From positions 496,001-560,000 of the forward strand of contig QPGO01000017.1 in assembly GCA_008632985.1 (NCBI GenBank): a stretch of DNA of 64,000 bases, written 5' to 3'. The stretch comes from Psammoneis japonica (Eukaryota). A program made the translations under genes and the position numbers. Positions 47,650 to 61,899 of the stretch are shown piece by piece. A model generated the notes under the pieces. That model saw only the letters and a list, made by a program, of their open reading frames with translations. It made no database searches and was not told the DNA's origin. Within the stretch, counting starts at the first letter, position 1. Every line of letters begins with the position of its first letter.

Positions 47650-49912
47650 CTAACCATAAAAGAACGTCGTCGTCCCCGTTCCGAGAATTGACGTACGCGA
47701 ATACTTTCGGTCGTCCTTCATTTTCAGGTACTGGCTGTAGATAAACCTCATGTTAAGCAAAATCTCTTCGAGATTCTCGGGAGAAAGCTCCTTCTCTTCC
47801 GTGATAACTGGAAAAGCCGACATGATCATCTGCTTCATAATGATGGGATTCGTGTACGCAAAGTATCCCTTGTCTTGAAGATAGTCGGCAAACCACTGAC
47901 CAAGCTCTTTGTAGATCTCATCTTCCACTTCCGGATCGACTTTGAGAGACTTGTTGGCTTTTTCGCATATCTCGGGCAAATCTTCGGGGTTTTTGACAAT
48001 GCCCGCGAGAGACCGCTCCGTGTTGCTTTTCTGATAGCGAAACGCCTCGAGGGCTTCGCGACGAAACGTGCCCATATTCTGCTTGTCCTCCTCGTACGGG
48101 CGTACGTGCATGACGAGGTATTGCTCACCTGTTTCTTGACGTTTCCTGTTGATCTCCTGCAACGCATCCTGGGCAACAAAACTGCCACGAAGTGCCTTCT
48201 CAACAACGTCCTTGTCTTCTCCGGGCAACGCTTTGTAGCCAGCCTCCACCTTCTTGGCGCAGGACCAAATCCGGGTCGACACATGAGCGGAGCGTTGACC
48301 ACAGCAGCGCACATACTAATTGCAAATCCACACCAAATTGCGGCGAAGTTCCTGCTTCATCCGCCATGATGCCGAGAACCCACGGGGCAAAGGCGGTTCC
48401 AAGGTTCATAAAAGTACTGTTGAGCCCCTGAACGTATCCACGCTTCTCGCGAGGACTGATCATGTCTAACATGGGCTTGTCGATAACTGACTGAAGACTG
48501 TCGTGGGGAAACCCAAGTACATGACAAGAATAAAGCCAACCATGACCCCAGTGGATGCAGTTGGTACTGTGCCGAGTATCAACAAGATTACAGTCACAAT
48601 ACCAGTACAGACATTGCCCATAACGCAAGCGGCTGCCGCGCCAATCTTCTGGTAAACCCAAGGAGTTACCATGGCGGTAGGAATGACAACAAGAGCTACC
48701 AAGACTGAAAGCCACTTGTAACCGTTGAGAGAAAGCAAAGGATTTTCTTCAAAGTCGGCGTAGAATCGATCGAACATGAGCGGGGACAAGCACAAGGGGA
48801 ACAAGCCAGCACTGCCGATGTTATCGAGCAAAGCGCCAATGATAATGTTCCACAGGCAGCACCGGTCAATCTCCTTGGGCCCGGTGTCTTCTTCTTCTTC
48901 TTCCGACAGGACACCGGCCTGATCAGTCGTCATAACCTTGATATCTCCAGGTTCCACCAAAAAATAGAACATAAGCGTTCCTGCTAAACACATCATGGCT
49001 GCACCAACCCAGAGGGGCGCAAAAAGCCCAGTCGACGCCATCAAAATAGCAATGATACCACCTCCGGACTGGAAGGAAACACATGGTGAATGAAAGAAAG
49101 CAAGCATTAGTGTCACCCGTTCGTTCAAGCTCACAACTAAGCTCCAAGGAGTCAAATTCGAAATTCGTACTAACCTGTCCAACAACAAAGCAAGTTACAA
49201 TCAAACCAAACTCATACTGTTTCTCTTCATTTGTGCGAAAGACATCGCCAACTGTGCGGTGGCAACAACACCAAAAATGTCAGAATCCGAGCCTTTGCAG
49301 AATACCTGAACAACACGTACACATACCATAAGCCAAGGCCACAGGAAGCGATCCGGACACAAGCCCGTTTCCGAAACTGGCCATGCAGAAGCCCCAAAAG
49401 GAATTTCGTAAAAGCCACTTCGCGATACTTCCAATGGCCGACCCAAACATACTAACAAGTAGAACCGGTTTACGGCCTATCTTGTCTGAAAGTCGGCCAG
49501 AGTACAAGCCCGCAATGGCGATACCCAACAACGCAAACATGGGCATTGCATAGGTTGCAGTGCTGAAATCGAAGGGACTTGTGCTCGAAAACGAATCAGG
49601 ATCGGCGCCCGGAGTAACCATAATGGGATAATTCGGTTGCAGAATGGTGGAGTTCATGGCATCGGCGAAGATGCCGAATTTCAGAACGAGCAAACTGTGC
49701 TTGAGAACTTTTTCACTCGACACAAGTTGCTGATAGCGGGCGAGCGGAGAGTTGAAGTTGAATCGACCAATCTTCATTGACGACATCATTGATGATTCAA
49801 CATCCATGGCCTCACCACCCTTTCCGGCTTCGACATCTGACATTTTGACATCTTCCTCATGGACCTCTACGGACTGGCTTGCTTTCTTGCTCTCGTCGGC
49901 GGGAGAAGACAT
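47650..49912 (-). CDS. Major facilitator superfamily transporter, multi-exon, with soluble C-terminal extension; exon boundaries approximate
   Basis: MFS motif A GRLSDKIGRKPVLL; hydrophobic helices across ORFs 49280-49912, 48466-49188, 48200-48715 and 47650-48312; pieces do not join in one frame, so introns (or an indel) are needed. Confidence 0.8.
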
Positions 49913-50399
49913 GCTGCTGTTTGTCTTTTATGATGCTGACCAAAACGCGCATGAACAATGAACAGCAAATTAGTGGCAATCGACAAACAACAACACTAAG
50001 GGGCAACAAATGGAGACGTGGGAGTAACACTGGATGGATCCTGAAGGACGAAGAATGGATGAGACAGCGATTTTGAGTACCTACCTACGAGTATATACAA
50101 TGTTACCGCAGCACGCTGCACAGGGCCCTGCAAAAAAGCAATGCCAAGATGTGGTGTTGTTTCGATTGTCGAACAGTGGTTGTTGTTGGGACTACGAACG
50201 TCGACATTATTTGACATCTCTCTTTTACGAATTTGAATAATTGCCCGCAAAAGCAAGACGATTTCCGGGAATAATCGAGGTTGTCTGTCTTCTGTCTCCG
50301 AGTCACTCACGTTCGAGTCACGAGTCAACACGTTAAAACAATTTGGTGCACACTTATGATTCCCACAAGTGAACAGCTGTTTGAGCATCTGTTCTCGCT

Positions 50400-53300
50400 G
50401 CACCTTCCGTTGAGAGTGCTGTTAGTGAACATTGTTGGCTGTGTGTTGATCTGTTGGAAAATGCTCAGTTGTGGTTGCCACGGCGCCGTTTGAAGAATTT
50501 TGAGTCTGAGCTGAGGAGCAAAAATTTGGGTCTGAGCAATTTTCTCCACAAGAACAAGATTCAGCATGCTCAGATCTCCTCAGAAGCAGCTCACAATGTG
50601 CATGCTGCAGCTGGCTTGCTCTGTGGGCTCTGTCACACAAGTGCAGCAGTGCTTTGACTGGCTGCATTTCGGGTCGTGTGTTTCGAGAGCCGCTGGAGTC
50701 GTTGTTGGCCCTGAGTGGAACAGCCTCTCTGCTGGCATTTGAGCACAATCATTCAACTGCTGTGCACATGCAGCTCTTCATAAATTGTGCTGGACATGCA
50801 CTTGAATTTGTGCAAAATCCCACAATGACGCAACTCCATTTCTGCGACGACAGGTGGAGATGCGTGCCACCCAAGCTGGTGCACATTGTGAAAGACATGA
50901 AAGAGGGAATCCTCTTCACTTCCTTGGTGATTTTTGTCAACTTGTCTGAGTTTCACAAACCAAAAAAACAGTGAAAGCATCAGTTTGTCAATTGCTGCAA
51001 GCTGCATGCTCCCATGTCATGATGCCTCTGATCTCTTGTGCCTTTCCCACAGCTTTTTTTGTTGGCATGTGTGGAGTTCTGGGCTTTGTTGGTGCCTTCC
51101 TGCAATGGCATCATTGTTGCCAGCATGTGCTGCTTGGAGCATCTTGTGTTTTTGTGCTGTTTTGTGTGGCGGCAATGTGTCTTTTGTGCCATGAACCCAA
51201 GCCAGTTAGCCCAGTGATATGGCTCACATCATTTTGCAATCATTCATTTTTTCAAAGCCTTTCATCACATGTGTTTTGGAAGGTTCAAATCATTTGAAAA
51301 ACTTGAGTGAGACATTTGATGATGTGTTTTGTTTGTGAGCTCTCACTCATTTGGGAGCAGCTGGATGTCAGCACAGCAGCTTCCAGATGAGCCACAGGGG
51401 TGCTGCACCAGCTGCAGCACCTTCTGCCAAAAAGTTTTTTTCCTTCCTGACAAGTGGTTGCCTGTGCCAGTGCAGTTGTGTGCTGTTGCAGCCCCATGTC
51501 ATCTTGTCCCCAGCAGGTTGATTCAGACTTGAGCTTTCAAACTTCAGAGTGAAGTGGCCCCACCGCCAGTCCAATTACACAGAGCCAACAAACCAAAAAG
51601 AAGCAATGGCAGGCCAAGGGCGCTGGTGGTCTTTGGTGGGTCCCAGGTGACGCTTTAAGAACTGTGGTCAAGCAGTGAAAGCAGGCTGGCATTGTGCAGT
51701 TGTGGCACCTTGTCACATCCTCTCAGCCAGCAGCACACTTCTTCAAACTCCCAACTCATGAGCAAATGGACCCTGCATGATCATGGTGCCAGCCAACCCA
51801 AAAGCAGCAATGTGGGAGAACTGGCAGTCTCTGGTGGACCCTGCACAACATTTTGAGAGCCATGTTTGAGCATTGCAAGGTTGATTTTGTGGTGTTGTGG
51901 CCGCATGTCACCTCATCCCTGACAAGTGCAGACTTGAGTTTCCAAACTCCTCCAGAGCAAAAAGACCCCACGACAGTGTCAACGTGTCTGGTGGAGCCCA
52001 AGCAACAGAACTGTGGCTGAGCACTGCAGGGTTGATCTTGTGGTTTTGTGGCCCCATGTCACCTTGTCCCCAACAGCAGCAGCAGCAGCAGAAGACAACT
52101 TGCAACAGTTTCCAAACATCAGAAGAGGAGTGAAAGGGCCCCACAACAGCACCAACCAAACTGACAACAGCAAGCTGAGGATGATGCTGGTGGCAGTGTC
52201 CAGTGGGCCCCAGATGGCACTTTGAGAAGTTTGGTTGAGCATTGCAAGGTTTGGATCTTGTGGCATTGTGGCCCCATGTCACCTTGTCCCCAACAGCAAA
52301 AGACCTGAATTTTTCCAAACTCCAGAGTGAAGGGCACCATGACAGTGCCAGCCAACCTGACAACAGCCAGCGGAGGACACTGGCAGTCTCTGGTGCCCCC
52401 AGGTGACACTTCTTTGAGAACTTTGGTTGGGCATTGCAAGATTGATTTTGTGGTGTTGTGAACCCTTGTCGTCTTGTTCCTGACAGAAGCAGACTTGCGA
52501 ACTTCCAAATTCACAAGCAAAAGAACCCCATGAGAGTGCCAGCCAACCTGACAACAGCCAGCTTGGGGACCACCGGTGGTCTCTGGTGGGCCCCAGGTGA
52601 CACTTCAAGAGTGCCAGTGGCTTGGCATCGCAAGATTGATTTTGTGGCATTGTGGCCCCATGTGTCACCTTGTCCCCAACAGCAGCAGACCACCCTTGAA
52701 TTCCCAAACTCCAAAGTGAAAGGACCCCATGAGATTGCCAACAAACCTGGCAAACAGCCAGCTGATGGCACTGGTGGCATCCAGTGGTGGGGCCCACAAG
52801 ACAGTTTGGGAGCTGTTGCTGAGCATTAAAAGGTTGATCTTGTGGTGTTGTGACCCCATGTCACCTTGTCCCCAACAGCAGAAGACTTGAATTTTTCCAA
52901 ACTCCAGAGTGAAAGCACCCCTTGACAGTGCCAGCCAACCTGACAACAGCTGGCTGAGGGCACTGGCAGTCTCTGGTGGGCCCCATGGGACACTTGAAAA
53001 ACTGTTGTTGCTGGGCATTGAAAGGTTGATCTTGTGGTGTTGTGGCCCTTGACAGGAGCAGCCTTGAATTTCTTCCAAACTTCAGAGCAAAAAGACCCCA
53101 TGAGAGTGCCAGCCAACCTGACAACAGCCAGCTGAGGACAGCAGTGGTCTTTGGTGGACCCCAGGCAACAATTTGAGAACTGTGTTTGAGTGTTGCAGGG
53201 TTGATCTTGTGGCATTGTGGCCCCATGTTACCTTGTGCCTGGCAAGAGCAGACTTAAAGAACTCCCAAACTCCAGAGTGAAAGGACCCCATGAGAGTGCC

Positions 53301-56300
53301 AGCCAACCTCACAACAGCCAGCTGAGGACAGCAGTGGTCTTTGGTGGACCCCAGGCAACAACTTGAGAACTGTGTTTGAGCATTGCAGGGTTGATCTTGT
53401 GGCATTGTGGCCCCATGTCACCTTGCACCTTACAAGAGCAGACTTAAAGAACTCCCAAACTCCAGAGTGAAAGGACCCCATGACAGTGCCAACCAACCTC
53501 CAAAATGACAACAGCCAGCTGAGGGCACTGGTGGTCTCTGGCGGGCCCCAGGGGATGCTTTGAGAACTGTGGCAGAGCATTGCAAGGTTGATCTTGTGTG
53601 GTGTTTTGGCCCCATGTCACCTTGTCCCCAACAGCAGGAGCAGACTTGAGTTTCCAAACTCCAGAGTGAAAGGACCCCATGACAGTGCCAGCCAACCTGC
53701 CAAAACTGCAAACTGAGGGCATTTGGTCTCCGGTGGGTGTCTGACGACAAGTCAAGAACCACATTTGAGCATTGCAAGGTCCACCTTGTGGTGTTGTGCT
53801 CCCATGTCATCTTGACCTCAACAGGCAGCAGCAGACTTGAATTTCCAAGCTCCAGAGTGAAAGCACCTCATGACAACTCCAACCAACCCAACAACAGCAA
53901 GCTGAGGGCATTGGTGGTCTCTGGTGGACCCCACCAGGTGACATGTCAAGAACCACATTTGAGCATTGCAAGGCTGGTTTTGTGGTGTTGTGACCCCTTG
54001 TCACCTTGTGGTCCCTGACAAGAGCAGACTTGAAGCTCCAAACTCATGAGTGAAAGCACCTCATGCATGAGAGTTTCTGCAAACCTGACAACAGCGGGCT
54101 GAAAACCTGGGTTTTTCAAACTCCAGGGTGAAGGGCACCACAACAGTGCCAGCTGACCTGACAACAGCCAGCGGAGGACACTGGCAGTCTCTGGCGCCCC
54201 CCAGGTGACACTTCTTTGAGAACTTTGGTTGAGCATTGCAAGATTAATTTTGTGGTGTTGTGAACCCTTGTCACCTTGTTCCTGACAGGAGCAGACTTGA
54301 ACTTCCAAATTTGTGAGTGAAAAGACCCTGTGAGAGTGCCAGCCAACCTGACAACAGCCAGCTGAGGGAACCGCTGGTTGTTTCTGGTGGTCCCCAGGTG
54401 ACACTTGTTTTAAGAAGAACCCCAGTGGCTGAGCACTGCAAGATTGATTGTGTGGTGTTGTGGCCCCATGTCACCTTGTCTCCAACAGCAGCAGACCACT
54501 TAAATTTCCAATCTCCAGAGTGAAAGGACCCCATGACAGTGCCAGCTGGTGCCAACCAACCTGGCAACAGCCAGCTGATGGCACGGGCCATCTCTGGTTG
54601 GCCCCAGGTGACACTTTGAGAAATGTGGTTGTGATTGAGCATTGCAAGGTTGATCTTGTGGTGTTGTGGCCCTGTGTCACCTGCTTGTTCCAAACAGCAG
54701 TTTCCAAACAAACTGAGCTCCACACTCCAGAGTGCAAGGACCCCAGTCCATGCTGGTGCCAACCAACCCAAAACACCACAGTTTTTGCATGATTGGAAGG
54801 TGCACTTTTCAGTCCAGGCAATTCAAGATTTGGTGGCTTGCTGGTCCAACAGCATTAAGATGCAATTCCAGACAACAGGATGCAATGGCATGCTGCCATC
54901 ACAAAGGCATGATTTGTGGGTGAGTGGGACAAGGCAATGGCTCATTTAATGGTTTGACTGCTGAGTGGCAGTGGGTGAGCAAAACTTCAAAAAGCAGTGC
55001 ACTGAAAATGCAAGAGACATGGAGTTGTTTTGCAGCAAAGCAGCTGGCAGCCACATTTGAGAAACAAGTTTCTCTTTGTTGGAAGCAATGAAGAATCACA
55101 ACAAAAAGCAGGTGAGCCATTCTCCATTTCATCCTTGTCCAAAGTTCAAGCAAGAATTAATCTCATGGGAGCATTGGCTGGGAGGTGAGTCACAAATGTG
55201 AGCTGTGAGCTTCATTGGTTGTGTGCCGGCCACACAATTTTTGGAGGCTCACAGCCTTGCCAAGCTTTCCTGCTGTGAGTTGTTGAGAGTGAGTTTTTGA
55301 GGCCAATTTCATTGAGACAACACAGTTGTTGCAATGTTGCACCAATCATCATCTGCTTTGACTTTTGCACAAAGTCTCAATGTCAAACAAGATCTGCTTT
55401 GACCTTTGCACAAAGTCTCAAAACGTCAAACAACAGCTTCTGTGACCAAAGCCTTGGTTGCAACTGTTGCTCATGGAGCCTGGGTCCTGGTGTTGGGTGT
55501 GCAAAGAATGCTCGCCTTCCTCTCTGACAAGCAAATTGGCACTAGAGAGACAATCATGGCACCCAAACAACCCTCCGCATCCTTTCGCAAGAGACAAAAC
55601 TTGCACACACAGACCAACAAGGAAGAGCTGCACAGTGCCAGCAGAGAGAAACCCACTGCCACAGTTGAAACAGCCAGAGTGCAGTGTGCAAGCATGGACA
55701 AAAAAGAAAAAAGAGCACAAAATCAAGTGGCAGCCATGTCAGCCCAGATGATGTCTTGGCATCCCAAAAAGTGTTTGCAGCACATTTGTTGTCAACTGAC
55801 AGCTTTGAACAAGCGGTGTTGAGCAAAGTGCAGAATTTGATTGATGCACACTGAGGTCTGGGTTGATGTTTTGTTTTGTCAAAAATTGTGATGTGATGAC
55901 AAGGCCAAGAGTTGGTTAATGAGCATTTGTGGCAACAGGTCCAAAAGGAGAGTCTTTTCATTGTTGTCAGACATGCAATGAGGACACAGTGGGTTGCAAC
56001 AGGGGTGCACCATTGTCTTGTGCACAAACAGCAAGGATTGCAGGCAGCTGAGTTGTGTGGTGCCAGATGCAACAAAGAGAGACAAATGCAGCAGAAACAC
56101 AAAAAAGCAGTGGGCAACCCATTTTTTGAAGCTCTTCCCATCAAATGAGTCAACTCCAAACAAGATGCTGTGCCACAAAACAAAACATTGCAAACCTGCC
56201 ACCATTGGAAAAATCAGCTGTCAGCCCAAATGATGACTTTGGAGGTGCCAGATTTGTGGCTGAAAATGAGCCAAAGTCCAAATTTTATTTAGAATTTATG

Positions 56301-58350
56301 TTGAGATTTTTGAAAAAAATTGTGGCACCTGTGAAGAGCAGTGCAATCACACGTTCAAAAATTTTCATTTCCTGTCCATGATGAAGCACAAGAACACATT
56401 GCAGATGTGTGCCGCTGCTGCAAGACCTTTTCCAGCCAGAGCTGTGCTGCCTTGGTTTTGTCAATGTGTCTCTCTGCTTTTGGTCCCTCAGCTGTGATTC
56501 TCTGTCATCACCTCCTCTCCTGGTGCTCCAAGCTTGCAACAAGAGGTCCTTTTTACGTGCACCTGTGCCAGCCATCAGCAGACACCATGAAGCATGTGGG
56601 CAAGTGGAAAAAGCTCTGCTGAGAGGCTGACAAAAAGCAGGTTGGCAATTCTGGCACTCTGAACATGCCCCTTGCCCTGCTGCTCCTTTGCTGCATGGCC
56701 CAGCAGCCAGCTGCTCTTCCCATGCCCTGTGATTGACACCACCTTTTGTCTTGCCCCACACTGCTCCTCTGCTGCTGCCACCACTCAGTCAGACCCATCA
56801 GCTGTTTTGGCCACCAGGGTTCTTTCTAGATTGCCTCAACTCCCAAGAAGGCATTCACAGCATTTGTTGGCAGGTCCTTCAAAATCACGCATGCCAATGA
56901 ATCAAGCCCCACTTCCCAATTGTGGTTCATCAGAAATGTCCAGCCAATCCAGCAACACAAGGCTTGCAATGCTGCAAAAGCAGACATGCCATGCTCTTGG
57001 TTGTGAACAAGAGAGCACCTTCAAAGGATCAACAGTTTTGCACACAATCAACAGCTTGATCCTTGTCTGTCCTTGTCAACACCCAACCAATCCCCAAGAA
57101 CACAAGAAATGGCCTGGCACATGCAAGTGCACTCCAAAAAACAGCTGGCAACAGCAAAAACAGAAAGAAAGCCAACCAGCACTTGCAATTCTAAGAGCAT
57201 TGCAATTGCTCACCTCATGTTGCATTCACTGTGAGCGTCTCATCCCTGGGGGGTTGAGATTTGACGAGAGCACAATGAGATCCATGTGCCTTCCATCTGG
57301 TCATTTCAAGTGCCCCAGATTCTCTGTCACAGATGCCTTGTCAAATTGACTCATTTCTCATTGCTGCTGTCCAGACATTGACACTTTCATTCATGGCAAT
57401 TTGATCCTAAAACATCATTGTCAATTGGTGCTGTTGTCTTTGCCATCTGATTGTTCATTGGAAAATGACTGTTCATGAACATTTTCCAGCTCCCCACCAC
57501 AAAAAGCACTTGAAATTGACTTTTTGAAATTTGCCTTGCCACGGCTCAGAAGGATCAGCTGCTTCCTCTGACATTGTCATTGCTGAAATGTTCAAGAACA
57601 TCAATGATGTTTTTCCTCTCATTGGCTTGTTGAACGAAGGAAGTGAAAAATGGCAGCATTTTGTGCTTTGCTTGCCAAGAAACAAACATGCCAAGCTGAC
57701 AACTTCTCTGCTGGTGTTTTCTGTTAGGGGTTGCTGTCTTGTCTTACAATGAAAAGCTGTCACAAAAACCAACACTCTTTTAAACAAGAAAGATTGGAGC
57801 ATGAGACGATGTGCCATCACAGCTGAGAGTGGCGCCAAGATGTGAGACAAATTGTGAGAGACATGGAGCAATGGCTTGAAGAACAGAGAGACAAAAAGCA
57901 ATGGAGTGACAACAGCATGGAGTGACAGCACATGCAACATAATGTCAAACATTGCTGGGCAGAAAGCCAGCATCATCAGAACCACATGGCCAAAGCATGT
58001 CGTGCCAGCTGACAAACAAACAAATCAATTGTTGGCATGCTCCAGCCAATGAACAACAACAATCAAAGATTGCTTGGGTCTGGTGCACAGAAATGAGCTG
58101 TGTTTTGTTCATTTTTGTTTCCCACTTTGCCAGTGTTTGACCAGCTGTGAACACACAAAAACCCGCGGCAACTGCACTGGGAACAGCCAATGCAATGTGA
58201 GACCAAATTTCCGCAAGAGTGGTTCCTGCAATGCCGATTTGGTTGCCGACATTTGGTTGCCTGTAAAAAGCCATTCATTCACAATGAAAGAGCAGCCAAC
58301 AAGAGAGAGGCAGGTTTCTGCGTGCTCATGAACCGCTCAAGACCTGGGCT
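50400..58350. other. Degraded TpA/CpG-depleted block D
   Basis: Very few TA or CG, strong TG/CA excess; contains the tandem array. Confidence 0.8.
51450..54780. repeat. Diverged tandem array, ~190-200-bp unit, about 15-17 copies
   Basis: Recurrent gagcattgcaaggttgatcttgtggtgttgtggccccatgtcaccttgtccccaacagcag..ccaaactccagagtgaaaggaccccatgacagtgccagccaacctgacaacagccagctgag near 51868, 52237, 52430, 52624, 52821, 53013, 53188, 53378, 53575, 53767, 53961, 54231, 54431, 54637. Confidence 0.92.
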
Positions 58351-58833
58351 GGTCGCCCTGGACACCGCACTGTACCGTTAGATGGGCAAGCTCGCCTTCA
58401 GGCGTTGCTTTGCGTTGATTGATTGATGAGGATTCCTTGGTTGCGGTTCGCACACACGATTCAAAAGAAACATTTGATTATATATCCTTCGTCATTGTAT
58501 AAAACGAACGGATTATCAAAATTCTCTTTGGCCAATACTAGATTCAATATATTTATAAATTTGAATAGTATATTGGAATATATTTATTAATACTTTCTAA
58601 TTATTATTAGGATCAAAATTATCGAATTTTCTTCACTTTTTGTGTAATCCCGCAGCAACACGACCGATCCACATGAAAAGCACATGTTATTCAAATCCTT
58701 CCTTTTTCAGCACACCCCTCGCTCTCACGTGTCGATAAAACACGGCGTGTACCAATCTGTTCGTTGTGTCCCAACGGTCTGAAAGAACAACCAAAGTCGC
58801 TGTTCAAATTCGGGATCGATCGGGGCAGAGGCA

Positions 58834-60100
58834 ATGACGACGAGTGCGCTGTCAGTTCCGGTGTCACCGTTATCTCAAGCTGCCATGAACGACGAGTGGA
58901 GACAGCATGGAAAAGCAAGACGGATGGCGGCCGTGGAAGAAGACGTAAACCGCTGTGGAGCTTCCTTTCCTGTGAATCCGAAATGCGACGTTCATCACTA
59001 CTTTGAGATATCGGATCGAGTAAGTTCGAGACGGCTTGTCCAATCGCATTGCTTCAGAAGTAGTCCTCTAGAGCTTGGTCATGCTTTCCGTGCTGGAGTC
59101 GACACTTGCTGTGTCGCTTCCTACGTGTTCGTGCATACACTAAACTGGGTTGCGCCTTTTACCTTCTTAGGTTTTCAAGCAATTTCGAGGACTGTGTACG
59201 AGTCGACGAGACCTGGATCAAATCTATGTCATGGGTTGTCGACTAGAGCGCTTCATTTCCGAGTCTCTCCCAAAGCATCCCGAATATTCTTCCATAGAAT
59301 CTTCTGTAACGGCTCTTCGAGAGAAAATGCAAAATAGACTGAAATGGATTCGAGAGAGACTGGAGCTCATTGCGTTGCGTATCGATGAAGAAGAACTAAA
59401 TAAGCATATACTAAAAGATCTCGAATCGGAGGCCGACCCTTGCTTCAAGGAAGCGACGGCAGAAACATCGTCCGACACGAGCGAGACGCAAGAATCCTTT
59501 CTGGACGATTCTACTTTTGAGAAGGAAGCCACAGACAACTCGGACGAGAATCACGAGTGGGAAAGCTTCTCGGGCTGGACATCTAATGTCTCTTTGGTGG
59601 AAAACACTTGGTACGATGCCGATGGAGTCTCTTTCGACGGAAGTGCAACTTTGAAATCTGATTCACGCATTTCTGAAAGCATCAGCTTTGTACAAGAGTC
59701 TCCAGAACGACAACCGCTTCCATGTGACTCACCGAGTATTACCGAGTACTATGTGTCCGCATCGTCGTCGGATGAGGAATCGTCCGTGGATGATCACGAA
59801 ACATCGTTTCTGGACGAGATTGCGACGCAGGAGGTAGAATACGAACACGATTCCGAAGCAGTAGATAGCTGGGCGCAGGAAGTCGAAAGCTGTGCTCGGT
59901 TGTCATCATCTGTATCGGGACCTCACGAGGATGCTGCAAGGGCTACTTTTCATGCCATTATGAATAATCTTTCTCTGATTGACAAAGGCGCGGAATCTAA
60001 TGGTTTAGAAGACAGCGAGAAACGACAACAAGGTGGAACATGGGGTAAAGCCGATCGTGTCTCTGTCGCTGTAGCGGGTGCACCGCAAGTCAACATGTAG
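58834..60100 (+). CDS. Protein with N-terminal USP8-dimerisation/MIT-like domain (AMSH-N-like) and acidic low-complexity tail; intron ~59020-59170
   Basis: Spliced reading HYFEISDR/VFKQFRGL..LDQIYVMGCRLERFISESLPKHPEY; GTAAGT...TTAG intron. Confidence 0.65.
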
Positions 60101-60475
60101 GCTTGGGTCAATATACCTATACATGGGCTGGTTTATGCAGCGTGGGATTGGGTAACCTCCGCCAAAGCCAGATATGGATAGCAGGGAAGGTGTTGTTCGT
60201 CAAAATGGTCAAGGTGACAGTATACAACATTTTTTGAATCTGTATATGAAATAGATTCCATTTAGAAAAATATACAACACATTAGTTTCCTTTCAATCAT
60301 TGCAATTGAAGCTGCGGTACTTCCAACATTGCAAGTGAATCGGTCTGCAACAGGTGCACTACTTCTGCGTTCAATGCAAATGCTTAAAGACAAAAAGTAG
60401 AAAAACTCAAGTTGTACTGTACCACGTCAAGTCTTGGTGACAAAATGGACTTCATTGATAATCACGAAAGCCAAG

Positions 60476-61348
60476 CTAGGATAACACTCCGCCCAAGGAC
60501 AGCGAATAAGGTATCTTCGTTTCACTTCCTCGAATCGTTGCCACAAAGTCGTGCCCCCCTGATTCACGAGTACGATCAACAGTCTCCAACCGCACTTGAT
60601 GAGAAATTAATTTCTCGTATCCTCCAGGAATCCAGTTGTTGTTGTTTGCACAAGTTATCACCAGGAAAACGTTGCAATCTTTTATTAATCTCGTCAATTG
60701 ACGGACGATTTCGCTGCGTTCCACACTGTCACTGGTGTCTGAAAGAAATCCATCCCATAGAACCAGAGTTGGATGATCTGTAATGGTCGACAACTTCAAT
60801 CGCAGCGCTTCAAGCGTGGAAACCCATCCCATGCAAGGGAGACCTCCAGAGAAAACAATGTGGATCCTATCCAAGCATGACGACATGTGACTGTCTAAAT
60901 TGTCGTGTGCAATGTCCTCGTGGTTTCGCAAGAGAATCGATCGAACAGTACAAGCAAGTTGAGCTCCCACCAAGTCTTGGTTCCCGTCTATAATCACCGC
61001 TTGAGGCAACGCGGATGACGACGTGGTCGAGCTAGAACGAAATCGAGAAGGATGCGTATCCACCACGAACCGAGCCGCCATGGTGACTAGAGTCAATGTC
61101 TTTCCGGTTCTCTCATTGCCTCGAATCTCAATCATTGTTTCTGATACGTATCTCTGCTTGAGAGCAGCATCGATAAAGCTGACACCCGTGTTTGGTCGAC
61201 GTACGAAGGACCATGCTGCCGATGATGGATCGCGAACGACAGCCTCTTGAGCCTGTTGTTGAATCGATCGCTGCAACCACTCGTATGCAGTTTCGCTCCA
61301 ATCTGTCAACTGATTATCATCTGTAGCGCCTTCAACGACTATTGACAT
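60476..61348 (-). CDS. RAD51 paralog, XRCC2-like
   Basis: ETAYEWL, TGVSFIDAAL, Walker A region IEIRGNERTGKT, Walker B-like LVLWDG; RecA-fold ORF of ~290 aa. Confidence 0.7.
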   Translation of the reverse strand: MSIVVEGATDDNQLTDWSETAYEWLQRSIQQQAQEAVVRDPSSAAWSFVRRPNTGVSFIDAALKQRYVSETMIEIRGNERTGKTLTLVTMAARFVVDTHPSRFRSSSTTSSSALPQAVIIDGNQDLVGAQLACTVRSILLRNHEDIAHDNLDSHMSSCLDRIHIVFSGGLPCMGWVSTLEALRLKLSTITDHPTLVLWDGFLSDTSDSVERSEIVRQLTRLIKDCNVFLVITCANNNNWIPGGYEKLISHQVRLETVDRTRESGGHDFVATIRGSETKIPYSLSLGGVLS

Positions 61349-61899
61349 GTTTGCTTGAGTGTAAACACGACTTTCTTGATTCTTGAGTGTCTCTTGCCAG
61401 TCCACAAACAACGGCGTTGATCATGGTGTGAAACTTTTTGCGCTTGTCTGGCCGCCGCAGACATTTTCGAAACGAAAATCGGCGGGAAAAAATCCTTACA
61501 TGTATATTTTGTTTCTTTTGCGAGCGTTGAGAGGATTAAAACATTCAAGCATGAATACACACATTCGTCACATGAGGAGCGAGGAGCCAGAACAACACAA
61601 AATGACGATAATCTTCGTTCGTCGCTGCGACCTACTTCATTCCGTCGTCCCACACCCTGCTGTTAGTCTCATTGTGTTATAGGGCCCTAGGAGTTTATTG
61701 GTGTACGTCATTGGAAGTGCTAAATTCATTCGGAAAAATAGGATTCAAACTCCAACTCGTTGCGAGCTCGATCTGTTGTCTGTTCTCGCATGATTCGTGC
61801 CGTCACGACTCGTGACAACGTCGCAGTCACAGCTACCGTACTTCTGTTTGGTTTCTCATATTTTTTCGTCTGCTATGATTATATCCTAAGCACAGTATC

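Noticed and set aside
51450..54780. CRISPR array
   Set aside because: Whole ~190-bp units repeat with no unique spacers, there are no cas genes, and the context is eukaryotic
1790..58350. Hundreds of overlapping 60-300-aa Cys/His/Gln/Trp-rich ORFs in all six frames of the degraded blocks, which could look like novel cysteine-rich or metal-binding proteins
   Set aside because: Loss of TA removes TAA/TAG stops and Tyr codons and inflates TG/CA codons, so long Tyr-poor ORFs arise by chance
58470..58640. AT-rich patch as a diatom-type low-GC centromere
   Set aside because: Only ~170 bp long and directly upstream of a gene; more likely ordinary intergenic or promoter DNA
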